A stretch of 62,905 nt of DNA, counting the filler, from Intoshia linei (Eukaryota; Animalia; Orthonectida): the NCBI GenBank assembly GCA_001642005.1. It is 4 parts of 4 records of this genome, joined end to end, with 100 filler letters (N's around TTAATTAATTAA, not from the genome) between each part and the next. Parts side by side here need not be neighbours in the genome. Positions count along the whole stretch, not along the records: positions 7,655 to 38,931 come from LWCA01000341.1; 3 more parts are not named here. One strand, written 5' to 3'. Positions 24,883 to 38,931 of the stretch are shown here, piece by piece. The notes below the pieces were generated by a model. It was not told the DNA's origin. It searched no databases and saw nothing but the letters and a program-made list of their open reading frames with translations. Position 1 is the first letter of the stretch, and each line of letters opens with the position of its first letter. A program made the translations under genes and the position numbers.

Positions 24883-26065
24883 ACTAAAAATGATAATTCA
24901 TAATAAAGTATTTAAAATGCTATAATTTTTGTATAAATTAGTGCAGTTCGACAACGGAAATTACTATGGTGTAGGCAACTTTCTGTGACAGCGAATCGTA
25001 AAAAAAAATCACTATCTTCTGGTTGAATTGGTGAACATTTGGGAAGTGGAATAATTTTTTTAAGTTGGCACTCCCAAAGATGAAATTTACGTTAAAAATC
25101 TACTACACAAATATGACTAAGTATTATTATTAAAGTGTTAACATTTTGATTAAATTTAGAAATTAGAAAAATCCAGGGCCGTACGGCATGAGAAACAAGT
25201 TAAAATTAACCTTTATCATTTTAGTTATTAATATTATTGCAAAACATCGGCGATTTCAAATTGCCGTTTTAATTTGAACTTATCTTTATTGTTAACATTA
25301 ACTATTTTCATACATACATTATTTATACATACATTTATTATCATTTTTAAAATGATCAACAGTGTCTTTTAATAATTAATCATCAATATACTTGACTAAC
25401 GCCATTTCACGAAGGTATTGGACTGGGTTTATTCCACGTTCGACCACTTCGTTTGTTAAAGAAACTTTCGCAATTGAGGTATTAAGGGATAATGATGTTT
25501 TTTCAAAAATTATAGACAACAATTGAATCTTTTTGGTAGATTACATGTTGGTAAACCCCTGACAGACATCATATAAATTTTATATTACATTTTTGATGAT
25601 ATAACAAGTGCATTTCTTCGACTATCATACATACAGTATATCTGGAATGTTCAATGATCGTTAAATATCTTCCAATAAGGCATCTAATATTAGGAGCACG
25701 GGTTGGCATTTTAAGATTTGATACACGAGGAAAATTGCATTTCTTCCTTTTGGATTTCAATATTAATCTGCGAAGTTTTGTACATATATCGTTTAAAATA
25801 AAATTAAAGGTTTTGTTTATGTTGAGTTAATAATAATGAAATAAAAATTATCGGCTTCTCATTGATGTCTAATTAACAGGATTTAGGTATATAGGATTAC
25901 ATAGTTTAATTTATATAAGTAATAGTAATAATAGTAATCAGAATTAAAGTAGTCAATTTCCGGTTTAATTATTTATAATATTGCAAATAACATATATTTA
26001 CAAAAATATCAATATAAACAATTCAACGCTTAATTATACAAAAAGATATATAAAACATTGTGAAA

Positions 26066-29000
26066 TCAACTGATAGTGCAACTCATTGTTCGTTTATTGT
26101 CAATCTTTGGGCAGAATTTGATGAGACTTATTATGCTCTAAAAAATTTAATCAAATATTAATATAGGTTGATATTAATTTTATTCAATATTAAAATGTAA
26201 TTTTGTGTATTAATTATATGATGATTCATATCCTGATGTATTTATGGATTATAATATAACATATTGTAATTAACTCTTTGAATATCAATCGCACGTACTC
26301 GTGGACTCATGGATAATATCAATAAATTATAAAATCGCAAAAGCCCGTGCGATAGTTAATTATGTAAGTAAAATAAAATTTATTGGCTTCTAATTTCTTT
26401 TGTAATTTAACTTTAATACATTAAAATACCTAGAAAGCATACATTAGTCCAAAAATGACATGTGGTGTAATAAATACATTTCAATTCCACATAGCTTGTT
26501 TTTAATTTTACAACAAATCTCATTTTAAAATAACGAATATTCCTCAAAGGGTTAACAATTTCTAAGTAAGTTTTTATATTGATTTAGTTGCAATAATTTA
26601 CATAATAAAATTTTATAATTTTATATAATCTCGTTAATATTAACAATAAAATTAAAATTACATCAATAATATCGTTTTTTTCTTTTGCAGAAGTTTCTCT
26701 GTAAATCCAATTATTTGATTTTGCAACATTTTCTGCATACGATTTTTGAATCACTCTTTCCATGTCAATTTTATTTCCAATACACAAAACAGGTTTGATT
26801 TTATTGGATTTTTTTAATTTGTTCCATATTTTTAACATGGAATCAAAACTAAAAGCATCATTAACAGCATAGACAAGTATATAAGCGTTTGAATTTAGAA
26901 CATATAAATCGTGCATGGTACTCCAATTGTTCTATAAATGATAAATTAGCGAATAATAAATGAGAAATACATGTATTCCTCGTATAATTTATTGTATCAC
27001 CAATAATTTCTACAAACAATCTCTATACACAAAATATGTTAACAACTTAAAATTAACTTACGACCCGAGGGCCGCATGCGGCCCTTTTCAAATTTAAGTC
27101 AACCGGTCGCGACTTTGTATATATTCCAAAAGGAATTGTTTATCATCATTTGCACACCTAAACTGCGAGAAGATCATATTTAATGATATTAATGATACAA
27201 TTAAAATAATACTTAAAATCATAATTAATGTAAATTTTTAAAAATCTGTGCAAGTCATATGTATCACTTTCAATACATACTGTGTATTTGACAATGATCT
27301 CGATTCATAGTATAATGGTTTTCAAGTGTGATGCTATAAAAAATTTTATGATGCGGCCCACCTAAAAAAAATTCAAAAAAGTACTTTTGAGTATATTAGG
27401 GAAATTGGGTAAAAATGACTTGTACAAATTTTTACAGCATAAAATAAATTATTGCTTCGCCACTCATCACCACCAAATTTACGTTTCTTATATATAGTAT
27501 AAAAATCTAGTGTTGGTTACACGTTATAATTTATTATTAAAGTTTAACTTAAACAAATAAAATAAAACTTATTTATTACATTATCGAATTATTCTAATTT
27601 TTTAAACAATTTATTATGTGTTAACAGATGTATTATGAAATTTAACAATTATATAAATTAAAATTATGAAACATTAGTGTTCTTTTATTATTTATAAATC
27701 ATTTTATTTTAATTTTGGTCCAAATTTTAAAATTTATAAAAAATCACATTATTCTGTTCAAAAATCTCCGTCTTTCGAATCGATACGACTATTATTTTTA
27801 ATATACTTTTGTATAAAATGAATCTTTGCCTTTGTCACCCATTGGATTATCGTTTTAATTAATAATCGTCACTCGATTTTCATGGCTACTATTAAAATAT
27901 TAATATTATACAAATTCTATAATATTGATTATTCCCTTGTTCGGTTAGCGATGGAAATTTAATGGAATCGAATTATTTTTTTTGCCTAATGGATAATTTC
28001 ATCAATGGATAAACGTTTTAATTAATATTCGTTAATTAATTTTTATGGTTATTATAAAAATATTTATATTATAAAATACTAAATTATAAATTTCCCCTGC
28101 TCGGGTGACAAAGGAAAATTAATCGAATCGAATTAATTTTTTTGCCAATCATCATTATTTACCACCCTTATCAAAATATCAAAAGTACTTTCTCAATTTC
28201 AAAAATTTTCTTGTTTTTGAACCACCCTAATGTATATATGTATTTGTGTTATATTACTACATCGTTAAATGTCGTGATTTAGGTGAACTAATAAATGCTA
28301 GTTTAACAAAATATACAAAATACAGTCAGCCTCTCAATACCGCCACTATATTTCAATTTTATAACAAAATTATAACAAAATTTCTTATTACCGGCAAAAC
28401 TCTCAATATCGCTACAATTTTAAAATATTTTAAAAAAAATTTGATTAAAATGAGTTAAATACTTAATTTAAGTAACGTAATTGTGGGTATAACTCATAAA
28501 AATGAAATTATAAATCCATTTAGTAACGAGATAATGATATTAAGTACTAGCAGTAACTTCAATAGCGTACTACTAGAAAATTATGTACCAAACATTCTAT
28601 TTTATGTAAAAAATCAAATAACATAATATATTCATTCTAGAGTCTAGAATTTAGACTGAATTGCAGTTAACGATAGTTACTCTAATGTTGCTATATATAT
28701 AATGTAATTATATATATGTAAACTGTTATTATAGAAATTATTAATCTAAGTTTAATTATAACTTACCAAATCGTAATTAAATTTACAAACAAATACATTA
28801 AAAACGCGTTTATTGGATGAATGAACTTAATTTTATCATTATTTTTATATATGAATGCTTATTAATACATAGTAACCATATCCATGACCGCTACACAGTT
28901 ATACTCTCAATAACGCTAAACCCTCAATACCGCCATAAATATAGAAAAACCAAAACGTATTGGGAAGTCTGACTGTATTTATGTAATTAAAATCGAAAAC

Positions 29001-29509
29001 TCTACCAATTTTAGAAAGTGAAAAGTTGTACATTACAGTTGAAATTAAAACAACATATTAATCGGTTATTTGAGAATAGGATAATTTTTAGTTTTACCGA
29101 AAGTGTGAAATACACAATCATAAATTTCTTTTTATATATCCTTTTACATAAATTATGCACATTTGACATAATACATATTTTAATGAATATATATTGCATA
29201 ATAATACAATTACCGCATCGTGTGGATCCAATAAGTCAATGTTACATTGTTTTTTATCAATGGTAATGGTCTAAATTTTAAATACGTTTGTTAGTTTAAA
29301 TTTTACAATCGATTGCATTTCATCAGTTGTGGGTTCATATACTTGTTGGTAATCGCCGAATACCAATTTTCGTAACTAAATAAAGTTTTATTTACATAAA
29401 TATGACTTTGGAAAAGATTATGGATAAATTGTACTTTAAATAACTAAATAATTACTAGCGAACTTTTTCCAACGGAACCAGCTCCAAGTAATACAAATTT
29501 GTAAATCAT
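26066..29509 (-). CDS. Atypical Ras-family (Rap1-derived) small GTPase, 173 aa, with degenerate G3 and CAAX (CTIS)
   Basis: Five exons joined by phase-0 introns: 29509-29456, 29375-29307, 29270-29214, 26931-26662, 26137-26066. Translation: MIYKFVLLGAGSVGKSSL|LRKLVFGDYQQVYEPTTDEMQSI|TITIDKKQCNIDLLDPHDA|NNWSTMHDLY..GNKID..ETSAK..|..MSCTIS*. Confidence 0.85.
28323..28975. mobile_element. pogo-like MITE in intron 3 of the Ras-family gene
   Basis: TA|CAGTCAGCCTCTCAATAC...GTATTGGGAAGTCTGACTG|TA with repeated CTCAATACCGC motifs. A related end lies at ~13301. Confidence 0.7.
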
Positions 29510-30419
29510 TTTAGAGTTTCATAGTGTATTGATAAGTGTTATTATGTGATATGAAGATTAAATATATTTAAAAAATTTGAAATAAACATGTACTGTAATC
29601 AGAAATAACTCATTGTTTACACAATGAAATTCATGTATGTACTACATATACCTTGCAATGTTAGCAGATATTTTTATTGTTAATTTATAAATAATTATAT
29701 ATAATATAATTATATATAATAATTATATGTTCTGAGTAGAAAATATTATCAATTTTTTAAAACAAAAGTTATATAAGTTTTAAACGTATTTCCCTACCTA
29801 TTTGACTATTTTAATGCATAATATACGGGTATTCACTAATTCCACGGTATTTTTATTTTGCTAGTAAAATTTTATTTTATTTTTTTCAGGGTTCTAATTT
29901 TTATTTTATTTTTATAATGTATCTGAATAATATCAGACTAATTTCCATTGTATTGATACAGATATATGTTTTGATTAAAACGGTTTTGCTACAAGGAAAT
30001 TGAAAAAATATGACATAAAGTTGAAAATTTAAAGTGATCATTTCAAAGTGGATATATCACATATAATTAAATTTATATTAATTATATAAAAAATCAAAGA
30101 ATCAAGGGCAATTAGCACTAAAAGTGTGTCTTTTTAAAATAGAAAAACTAATTCGCAATCAAAAACATTTAACGCTATCTATTCGAGTTGCGTTTGTCAT
30201 TTTAAATATCACTTTAAAAATATTATGGAGAATTAAAACGAAACTTTATTTTAACGGAAAATGGCGCTTGAGTTGTTAAACCTGGTACCGACTTTATAAT
30301 ATTGTTCTCCATGTTTAGTTATAGTTTATTTTTTTAAATTTGTTTTTAGCTCAATTTTTTTGAATTTTATTTATTTTTTTTGATGCTTTGAATACAATTT
30401 AAATAATGTAAATAACCAG

Positions 30420-30760
30420 AATTCGAGAAATTACAAAACTTAACAAAACTGCATATAGAAACAAGGAAAATTATTGGTCGTACATACACATACGTACATG
30501 TCGATTATTTTGGATCAAATATGCTTTTCTGATGAAAAAAGATTGAACTTAGATGGACCTGATGGTTATTCCTACTATTTCCAACATTACTTATTTAATA
30601 TTTTTATTGAGATCTATTATTAATATTCCATAAATGCAGAGGATGCGTGCCGTTCGTGCTTACAATTGTCAAATTTTAGAAAAAATGTGACACCCTAATG
30701 GAAGCCCACTAGTTCGTATATAGTTGCACAATAGCTTGTATCTAAGTGCACAACTCTGTA
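30420..30760 (+). mobile_element. Tc3/Tc1 transposase relic with right TIR
   Basis: LTKLHIETRK..(frameshift)..DQICFSDEKRLNLDGPDGYSYY matches Tc3 FSDEKKFNLDGPDG. It ends in TTGCACAATAGCTTGTATCTAAGTGCACAACTCTG|TA. Confidence 0.75.
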
Positions 30761-31695
30761 TTAAAACTATACTCGTTGAAAACGCGAAAATAATTACAAA
30801 TATGATTCTTATTATATATATAATATATTAAATTTTTAATTCAAATCATGATTACATGATACAAATTCATAATACAAGGTATATTTAATTAATTCATGGT
30901 TTAAGATATTATTAAAGTATATTTTTGTATATTAATCAGTTGATAAATGATTTATTATTTAAATAATATAGTTAAATAAGAATTTCAATTGGTTAACATG
31001 ACGATCGTTAGGATTTTAATGTTTATTTCAAAAAAAGTTACGGTAAACAGTACAAAAAGGCAAATAGCTGAATCTTTAGATGAAAAATGCTAGAAATAAT
31101 GTGTTTTTTTTTTTTGAAAATAACGGAATCTGAAAATAGTGGAGATACCATTGTAATTGTTTACTGTAAAGTTTTCTAATTATTAATATAATTATTGTAT
31201 CCAATCAATAGTTATTTTCAAGTCCTAAATATGAAATTTAAACTACACTGCCATATTTAAACAAGATTGATGTATTATCAAATATAATAACACTAATAAC
31301 AAATATAATGATAACTTATCAAATAAAACTCATAAAATGATATACATTACATTATTCCTATTAATGAAATCGATTCATTATTTATATTGGTGAAAATTAT
31401 AAACGGATATATACATTTCTGATAACATTAATGAGATATTCTTTGTAATGAATTAATCGTAATTTGATGCATAAAAATTTCTTAATAGTCAGTAATTCCC
31501 ATGTAATAAAAATAATAATAAAAAATGGTGACGAAAATAAAGAATTAGTTTATAAGTAAATTTAAATTCAAAAATATATTTACAAGTGATAAATCATGTA
31601 TAGAATTTATTACAAAATTATCAAGAGTTTTCAAAATGAATACTGGGTGTTAGTTTTATTAAAACTAATATTTACATATAAATATACATCTTATA

Positions 31696-33205
31696 TTAAT
31701 TTGGTGAGTTTTTTAAGGTGTTAGTAATGTTAATATTTTCTGATTTATCTTTGTGCAAATCATTATTACGCATATCGATTGTACAAACAATATCTGAAAC
31801 TTTGGTTTGATTTTCACTGTTTGTTTTTTTTTTGTTTTTAGTGATATTTTTATTGATTTTATTTTTTGAAGTAAATAAATTAATTTGTTTGAATGAAATT
31901 GGTTTTTTCAATTTAAGGTGATTAGTTTTTTGTGTAGTTTCAAATTTTGAAGTGTTAAAATTTTCCCATAGACAACATAACATTTCCATTGAAATTAGTT
32001 CACTGACATTAGTATTAATGAGATGCACAATGAGCAAACCGTCCCTTCTCAGGTAATCTTTTGTAAAACTTTTTAAAATATCATATCGTCTTGCGACACT
32101 TGAATATGAATCAAGTTTTTTCTGGATATGAGAGTATTGTCTTGGCCAAAATATGCTATTAATTAATAATCGAATAAGAAAGTAAGATGAAAAAATTATT
32201 ACAAAAATATACCAAAACCACAAAACCATAAATAATTTTTCATTGAAAACGTTTATTGTTAGAGCGCATTGCACCCAATATTCGTGTATTCTGGCTTGAT
32301 GGCGGATGGAAAAATTACATAAGGTGACTCTAGGAAAATATGAAACTGAGTCATAAGTGGTTTTTAAACTGGTATTGTAATTAATTGTATTTCCGAAATA
32401 CCACAATATAAGTGTGTTGTAGATGTGGTATTTCATTCCAATGATAGAGTCCATAAAGTATAAATTTAAAATTGCGTTTGTTATGTACAACAGTTTTACG
32501 GCAATAAGAGAGAAAGTTAAATAATTTCCATGCCGTTTTCCTCCAAAACAGACAAATACATTTGAAACGCTTTTCATAATTTTACCACAAAAGTTGGTCT
32601 TAATTCTAGATTTGCTGGTAAGATATTTGTCTATTTGGGTAACTAAAAATCGTAAACTTCTTTCTTTTATATCACCATAAGGCGCACGTTGGCATATAAC
32701 AGCACTATCCAACAATGTATTGATGTGAATGCCACAGCGTCGGTTAAAAAATCTCCACACGACGCACGGTATAAAAGCAAATATAGCTTGGGCTATTAAC
32801 AACAGTGGGACCTAAAATTAGGATTATATAAAGATGATTAAAGCTTACCCATTGATAGTAACTGATTTTTTTATATTTCAGCGTGGCTGCTATTTTACTG
32901 TCTGGTATTTTATTTATAATTGGTATATAGTATGTATTTGATACCCAACAAATGTTATTCGTGTAATGTCGATGACTATCTGTGAAATAAGCTGGACACC
33001 AACTAAAAAATTTGAAAAGTTATAAAAACGAATTATACCAATGTATCGGGTCGCCAACAAATTGTTTTGTAGTAACAATAAACGCTAATGCAAGTAAAAT
33101 ACTCACCGTATACTGTCTACTAATTCGATCTGCAAATTCGTCATCTTTGTCGATCTTAACCTCTTTGAGCGATAGGACTGTTCGAAAGAGTCGATCAATA
33201 GCCAT
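31696..33205 (-). CDS. inx: Innexin (gap junction protein), ~478 aa
   Basis: Exons 33205-33039, 33002-32849, 32811-31696 with introns of 36 and 37 nt. Motifs DDEFADRI..YT, KQFVGDPIHCWCPAYF, CWVSNTYY, SYYQWVP, FPRVTLCNF, QCALTINVFNEKLFMVLWFW. Confidence 0.95.
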
Positions 33206-35320
33206 ATGTCAATAATAGTTAAATTTTCAATGTTTCATTTGTTAGAGTTTGCAAATTAAAAACGTAATCATTTGTTTAAATTCTTCATGATAATAAATAT
33301 TATTCCTACAAGATATAAATTTCTTTAATTGTAACGTAATTGTGACAATGCTGTGGGGCTAACAATATTTATCGATTAAACCCACATAATTCTTGTTTTA
33401 AATTGGAAATACCTATATATAAATTATAATTTAAATTTGTACATTGAAAATGTTTATATATAAATAATTAAATCTTGGTAAAATTAATTACTTTAATATC
33501 GGTATTGCAAATCAATAAGTTTGGTACAATTAAATTGATCATTAAATTCAAATTTATTAGAATACAAGTAAATGGAATGTTGAACTATAATAGAATAAAT
33601 ATGCTGGACGGGTTTAATTAGAAACATTTGGTGAACTCGAAAAAGAATCTTTGAATTTTCATAAGTCAAATAAATCTTCATGAATTTTAATTAATAAATC
33701 AATAAATTGTTGATATTAAAAACAGTGACATTTTGAAGATAAGTACGGGAATAGAGTTAATCCATGATTGAAAATCTGATTTGTTGAGGTGAAAAATCCA
33801 TGTTTTTCCTTTTAAGAAGTGTCGAAAATTTTAGCCGTGAATATATGAACGGAAATTATATAATTAATCACATTCTTTATTTACCCTTGCGAAAAAATTG
33901 GCCAATGAACCAAAAAATGCATTTCTTTTGATTTGTCAATCCCGTTTGTTCAATATGACAATTTCTGGTAATTAAAACTTTTATTTATCAAATAACAACT
34001 TTTAAAATCAATATGTGGAATATATAATCAATAATCAAATTTATTAATGAAATATACTAATATATGATTTAGTAAGAATTAATTTAATAAATAATTAAAC
34101 CTTGTGAATTTTTAAATTATATTGACCCTTATAAATTAATTAACTTTATAATTGACAGGAAAATTTCATTTAAAAGTATTACAACACATAAAATCAAATT
34201 TCGATCAATTTTGTTCAAATCAGTGTTAAGAAAATATCAATTATCGAATCTTTAATCGGACCACGCGATCCTCATTCACATATTGGATACAAATATATTG
34301 AGTATTAGTCAATGTATTTTTTTAATTAGTTAAATTAAATCAGTCAATATTAAAAATAAGTTAGCACAAGTTTTAAATTTTTCCAAAGTAGACACCATTG
34401 TGAAGCACAATTATAGGACATAAAGTCACAAGTTTTTCATTTACTAGTGCTACTAATAAATTATATAAATTGTTACAGAGTTAATTTAATTATATTTCCG
34501 TAAGGAAGGTAAAACATGAAATTTAGATATCGATAAAATATTGATGAATTAAAAGCAATGCTTTATTTCACTAGACTGAGATTGATAAATATCATTTAAA
34601 TTAGATTATGTAAATTAGATAAATTTTTAACACATTTATTTATGGATTGGACAAATCTTGATCATTTAAATATTTTTTTTGCATCAAAATTCATTATAAA
34701 TTGCATTAAATAAAGCTACAACTTTTTCAGGTAGTTTTTGTAATAATCAGATCAGTGAAGACTAACATTTTGGAATCATGGGCCGCATATAGCGTATAAT
34801 AGGTTAGAGATAAAAATTTGCGGATCAGATAATATACCAAATACCACATATTAGAATTTTTGAATTGTTCCACTAATAATTTAATTAATCCAGTAATAAC
34901 AAGTTTTATCTTAATATACATGTAGAAAAAATTGTAATAATAAATGCATGATAAATCATGATAAAATGTTAATACAATGTATATCAGTAGGAATGGGTCT
35001 TTTCATCAAAATTTGTTTGATTTAGTGACAATGATAAACTTTATTCGTAGTTGATTTAGAAAAATTATAGACTTGACAATTCCGTGTATTCAGGGTCAAA
35101 AATTACCTTTTATCCTTACTTATATAATGTAACTAGTTTATTATTATTATTTACATATTTCGGGTGAATGTGTCTATACTGAGAAAAATCTCAATGTAAT
35201 CACAATGTTATACAAAAGTTACGTTTTTTTTTATTAAATTGTAATATTATTATAAATATTTGCATGCTGTAAAATATGATATAACTCTTATTGTGTAAAT
35301 CGCAAAACCTGTTGATATAA

Positions 35321-35995
35321 TCCTTACTTATATAATATGCTATGCAATATTTGTTTGTCTATGTGTTACCGTTTATTTCAATAACTACCATTCTTAAAAT
35401 TTTATAAAAATCAAATTTCTACCACAGTTTTTTCCGAGGGTGTTAGCAAAATAAATTTTAACCTCTGAAACTCATATCTTACGGGTCAAAAGCACAACTG
35501 TCCTTTTTTCGAAAATCAAACGAGTTCGACAATTTAAAAAAAAAATTACTCTGATATAGATTTTAAAATCATAAACATTATCATAAATTTAAAAAAAAAA
35601 AATCTTCAGGGCCAAAACCACAAATTACCCTTTTTTTTTAATAAAAATAGACCTATAATTTTAAAAAATTTACAGGTGGTACAGTTGCATCCTGTTAACA
35701 CACACAAAAAATTTCAATCTGAATGAGTGGCGCCTTCACTGTCAAAAAATCATTTTAGTATTCATATATTTTTTTTCCGAAATATTTTATTAACAACAAT
35801 ATTATTGTAAAACAAAAAATGTGAAATAATTAACGGTCCGAAAATTAAAAAAAAGATAATTCCAATTGATATAAATACAAAATTTCAACCCCAGAAATCT
35901 ACGCATTTCCGGTGAAAAATAATTTTAAATATATTATCAACCAATATATTCAAATATTTCGATTAAAATAAAAATTGATCCTACAATTTCAAAGG
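35321..35995 (+). mobile_element. Non-autonomous Helitron copy (5' end plus body)
   Basis: A|TCCTTACTTATATAAT..TTTGTTTGTCTATGTG start. The body is shared with the copies at 56.2, 58.7 and 62.3 kb. Confidence 0.75.
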
Positions 35996-36320
35996 GTAAT
36001 AATAATAACATTAATAAAAAAAGGGTAAACTGTTTTGATCGTGAAAATTCACGAAATTTGTATCCTTATTTATTAAAATGTTTATATTAAGAAATCAAGA
36101 TATTTATTTTAAACAAAATTTGTTAAAATAATCAATTGAAAAACCATATCCATGTTATTATATATACTTTGAATAAAAAGTACGAACAATGAGCAAAGTC
36201 AAGTATATTCTTACTTGAGCACCAAAAAATTTTAAAACTCTAAAATAGCATTTATAAACGATATTAATCATGTTTTAATATTGAATTTGATATTTTACAT
36301 AATAATATAACGTAATAATA

Positions 36321-37039
36321 TTACAAAATAACACATTTTTTTTTTCCGGAATGCTTTTGTTCAAGAGAAAGTTTGGCAGCCTTCGAAAATAATTCGTTTA
36401 AACCTACTTTTGTTTTAGCTGAGCATTCATGCCAAGCATCAAATTTCAATTTGGTGGCCATCAGGAGGGTATCTTTACGTAATAATATTGTATTATTTCT
36501 GTCTTCTAAATCTTTCAATAACTTTGAGTCGTCTCTAAGATCTATTTTTGTGGCTACAAGGATGGTTTGCGATAAAGGACAGTAATGTTTCTATTCAAAT
36601 GAATAATATAAAATAAAAAATAGTTTTATATTATATAAAAAACAAATTTATATATTATTACTATTTCATTCCACCATCTATCCCGAATGTTGTGATAAGA
36701 AGCCATCTCTGCAACTGAAAAAACGGTGAGAATGACATCAGAGTTTGGATATGAGAGTGGTCTACAAATTAAAATTAATATTCTCAATTTATACCTAAGA
36801 CTGTCATATTCTTCTTGTCCCGCAGTATCCCACAGTGCAAATCTAATTGAACATGTATCCATTTCTATCAGTGTTACATGAATTTCAAATACAGTTGGAA
36901 TGTATTCGTCAGGAAATTCATTTTTTGCATATGAAATCAACAAGCAAGTTTTTCCAATTGATCCGTCTCCCACTACCACCAATTTTTTACTAATAATTGT
37001 TTTATCTTTCGATTTATGTATGAATGTTTCAGATTCCAT
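36321..37039 (-). CDS. RHO1: Rho-family GTPase (Rho1/RhoA-like), 204 aa
   Basis: Exons 37039-36795, 36761-36662, 36590-36321. Motifs [54 protein letters not shown], and polybasic KKK-CVIL CAAX. Confidence 0.93.
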
Positions 37040-37519
37040 TATTTATATTCTGTTAGAATTGTTTGCAAACTATTGCAATATTTAAATATAACTTAAGTAA
37101 ATAAAATAAAATTACTTCAATTTGTTATCCAACATAAAAAGATAATATGGTTAATCTTTAAAGGTTAAAAATAAATTTACTATATCAGGTTAAGTTTGCA
37201 ATCTAATTAGTCATCTTCCTATTTACAATAAATTTTTAAGGTAATGTTGATTCTTTAAATTAGATTACGACAGTGATTCTCAAATTTTTTTACCATAAAC
37301 CGCCAACCAAATCTGTGAGCACCATCAGTAAATCGATTAAGTCTTTACAAAACTTCCATTTCCAATGTAGATGTAAAATATCTTAATTATCTTAAATTTG
37401 GAAGTAAAACTTAACCAATTTCGTTTTAAATTTCAATATTTTTAGCTTGCCTATTTTTTACATATATTTTTGTCGATGTTTTAATTAAATTAACATTTAA
37501 TTTCCTCGTTGCATGGTAA

Positions 37520-38705
37520 CCAAGATAGATAATCTGCTACAGTGTTCATTTTCCCGCTGATATGTTCTAATATTTACGTAAAATTTTGATTGCTTCCTGT
37601 GTAGTATCCAAGATACAATCGTTGTTATAGATATAGTTTAGTTATCGTAATATTGAAATAATTAAAATAAATAATTAATTGAAAGTTAAAATCTCGAACA
37701 TTACATGGCTGTCAGAAGTCTTGTTCGGACAGCCTTAACCATTTCTGTTACCAACAGACGATTTATCTATGGATGTGGATACTTGGTTGGAGGCGTTTGA
37801 CAATTTCATCAAAATCTATTGGGATGATGTCAGTGAGGTGAGGAAAATGGCCTTATGTAGACATTGCGTGGGAAAAGAAGGTGCAATACAATTAAAAACG
37901 AAAAAAAAATTTGCAGACATGGTTACGGAAATTAAGACTTGGAAAATTTACAATATATTATTAAAAAGACAAGAGTTTCTGGAGGCTCAGAGATTGAATA
38001 CGAAAACGTTTAATGATTTTTTTATACGTCTAAAAAATTTGTATAAGCAAACAAAATATGATAATGAACACATTTTACTGGATCTTTTAATTACGGGTTG
38101 TGGATGTAACAAATTGTAATCAAAATTAATAATTAAAGATAAATTAACATGGGATAGGGCAAAGAAAATATGAAAACAAATGTGAAAAGATGGGACATTA
38201 TGCAAGAGTATGCAAACCGTTTTTATAAAAGAAATCAATAAGTAAATTTAATTATGTAAAATATATCGATTCTGGAAATGTAACTACCTGTGGTAAATGA
38301 TAATAATATTGTGAACATGTGAACACAGGTAGTGAAGTTAGCTTATTACCCACCGTATGTGACGGAAAAAAAAGGTGATATTATCGACGTTTGATGAAAA
38401 AGCTATTACAATAGTACAAGTTGATGCTATTAATAATGGTACGGAAGCTGTTTTATTGCAGATATAAAATGGTGAAGAAACTACTATCGCGTTTTATTCT
38501 TCTAAATTATCGAAGGCGGAAATCAACTACTCGACTGGTGAAAAAGAAGCCCTGGCTTGCGTCCTTGCTATTCGGAAATGGCATAACTATGTGTATGGCA
38601 GATCCATTATTTTAAGAACAAAATGACAACAATAACGAGTGCCCACGCCGCAGCAAGAATTAAAAGATGGTCTATTTTTTTAAGGCAGTATCAATATATA
38701 TTAGA
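37520..38705 (+). mobile_element. Degenerate, internally deleted Ty3/Gypsy LTR retrotransposon
   Basis: ...AACATTACA is followed by a PBS-like TGGCTGTCAGAAGT (37706-37719). Gag-like ORF at 37769-38119, protease-like NTGSEVSLLP, RNase H QVDA..VLLQ..IAFYSSKLSKAEINYSTGEKEALACVLAIRKWHNYVYGR, then AARIKRW. The left boundary is approximate. Confidence 0.8.
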
Positions 38706-38706
38706 A

Positions 38707-38931
38707 CTAGTTTGGCTGTTTTGTACTACGTACTAACAGCACCTAGCTCTGCAGAGGGCACTCTTTTATTATACCAAAAAAATAAGTTCACGTTGAAAAT
38801 CTAACTTAAAAATCATACTATTAACTATTATCAATCATTTAAAGAAGTGGTTCCCAAATTTGTTTCAGGTGGAACCGATATCACATTACTTTTTACTTTA
38901 AAGTGAATTATTCCATCTTAATTTTTTTTGT
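38707..38931 (-). mobile_element. Helitron 3' end, truncated by an assembly gap
   Basis: Close inverted match of 43415-43637, including the hairpin and terminal CTAG. Confidence 0.75.

Noticed and set aside
26950-27025. Candidate extra Ras-gene exon RLFVEIIGDT
   Set aside because: Its phase is incompatible with the next exon, and 29270-29214 fits both the phase and the Rap1 exon length.
1414-37039. Functional cluster of cilia and signalling genes (DNAAF4, IFT140, Rap-like, Rho, innexin, TGF-beta)
   Set aside because: No shared regulatory motif was seen, orientations are mixed and a gap intervenes; co-location in a compact genome is sufficient.
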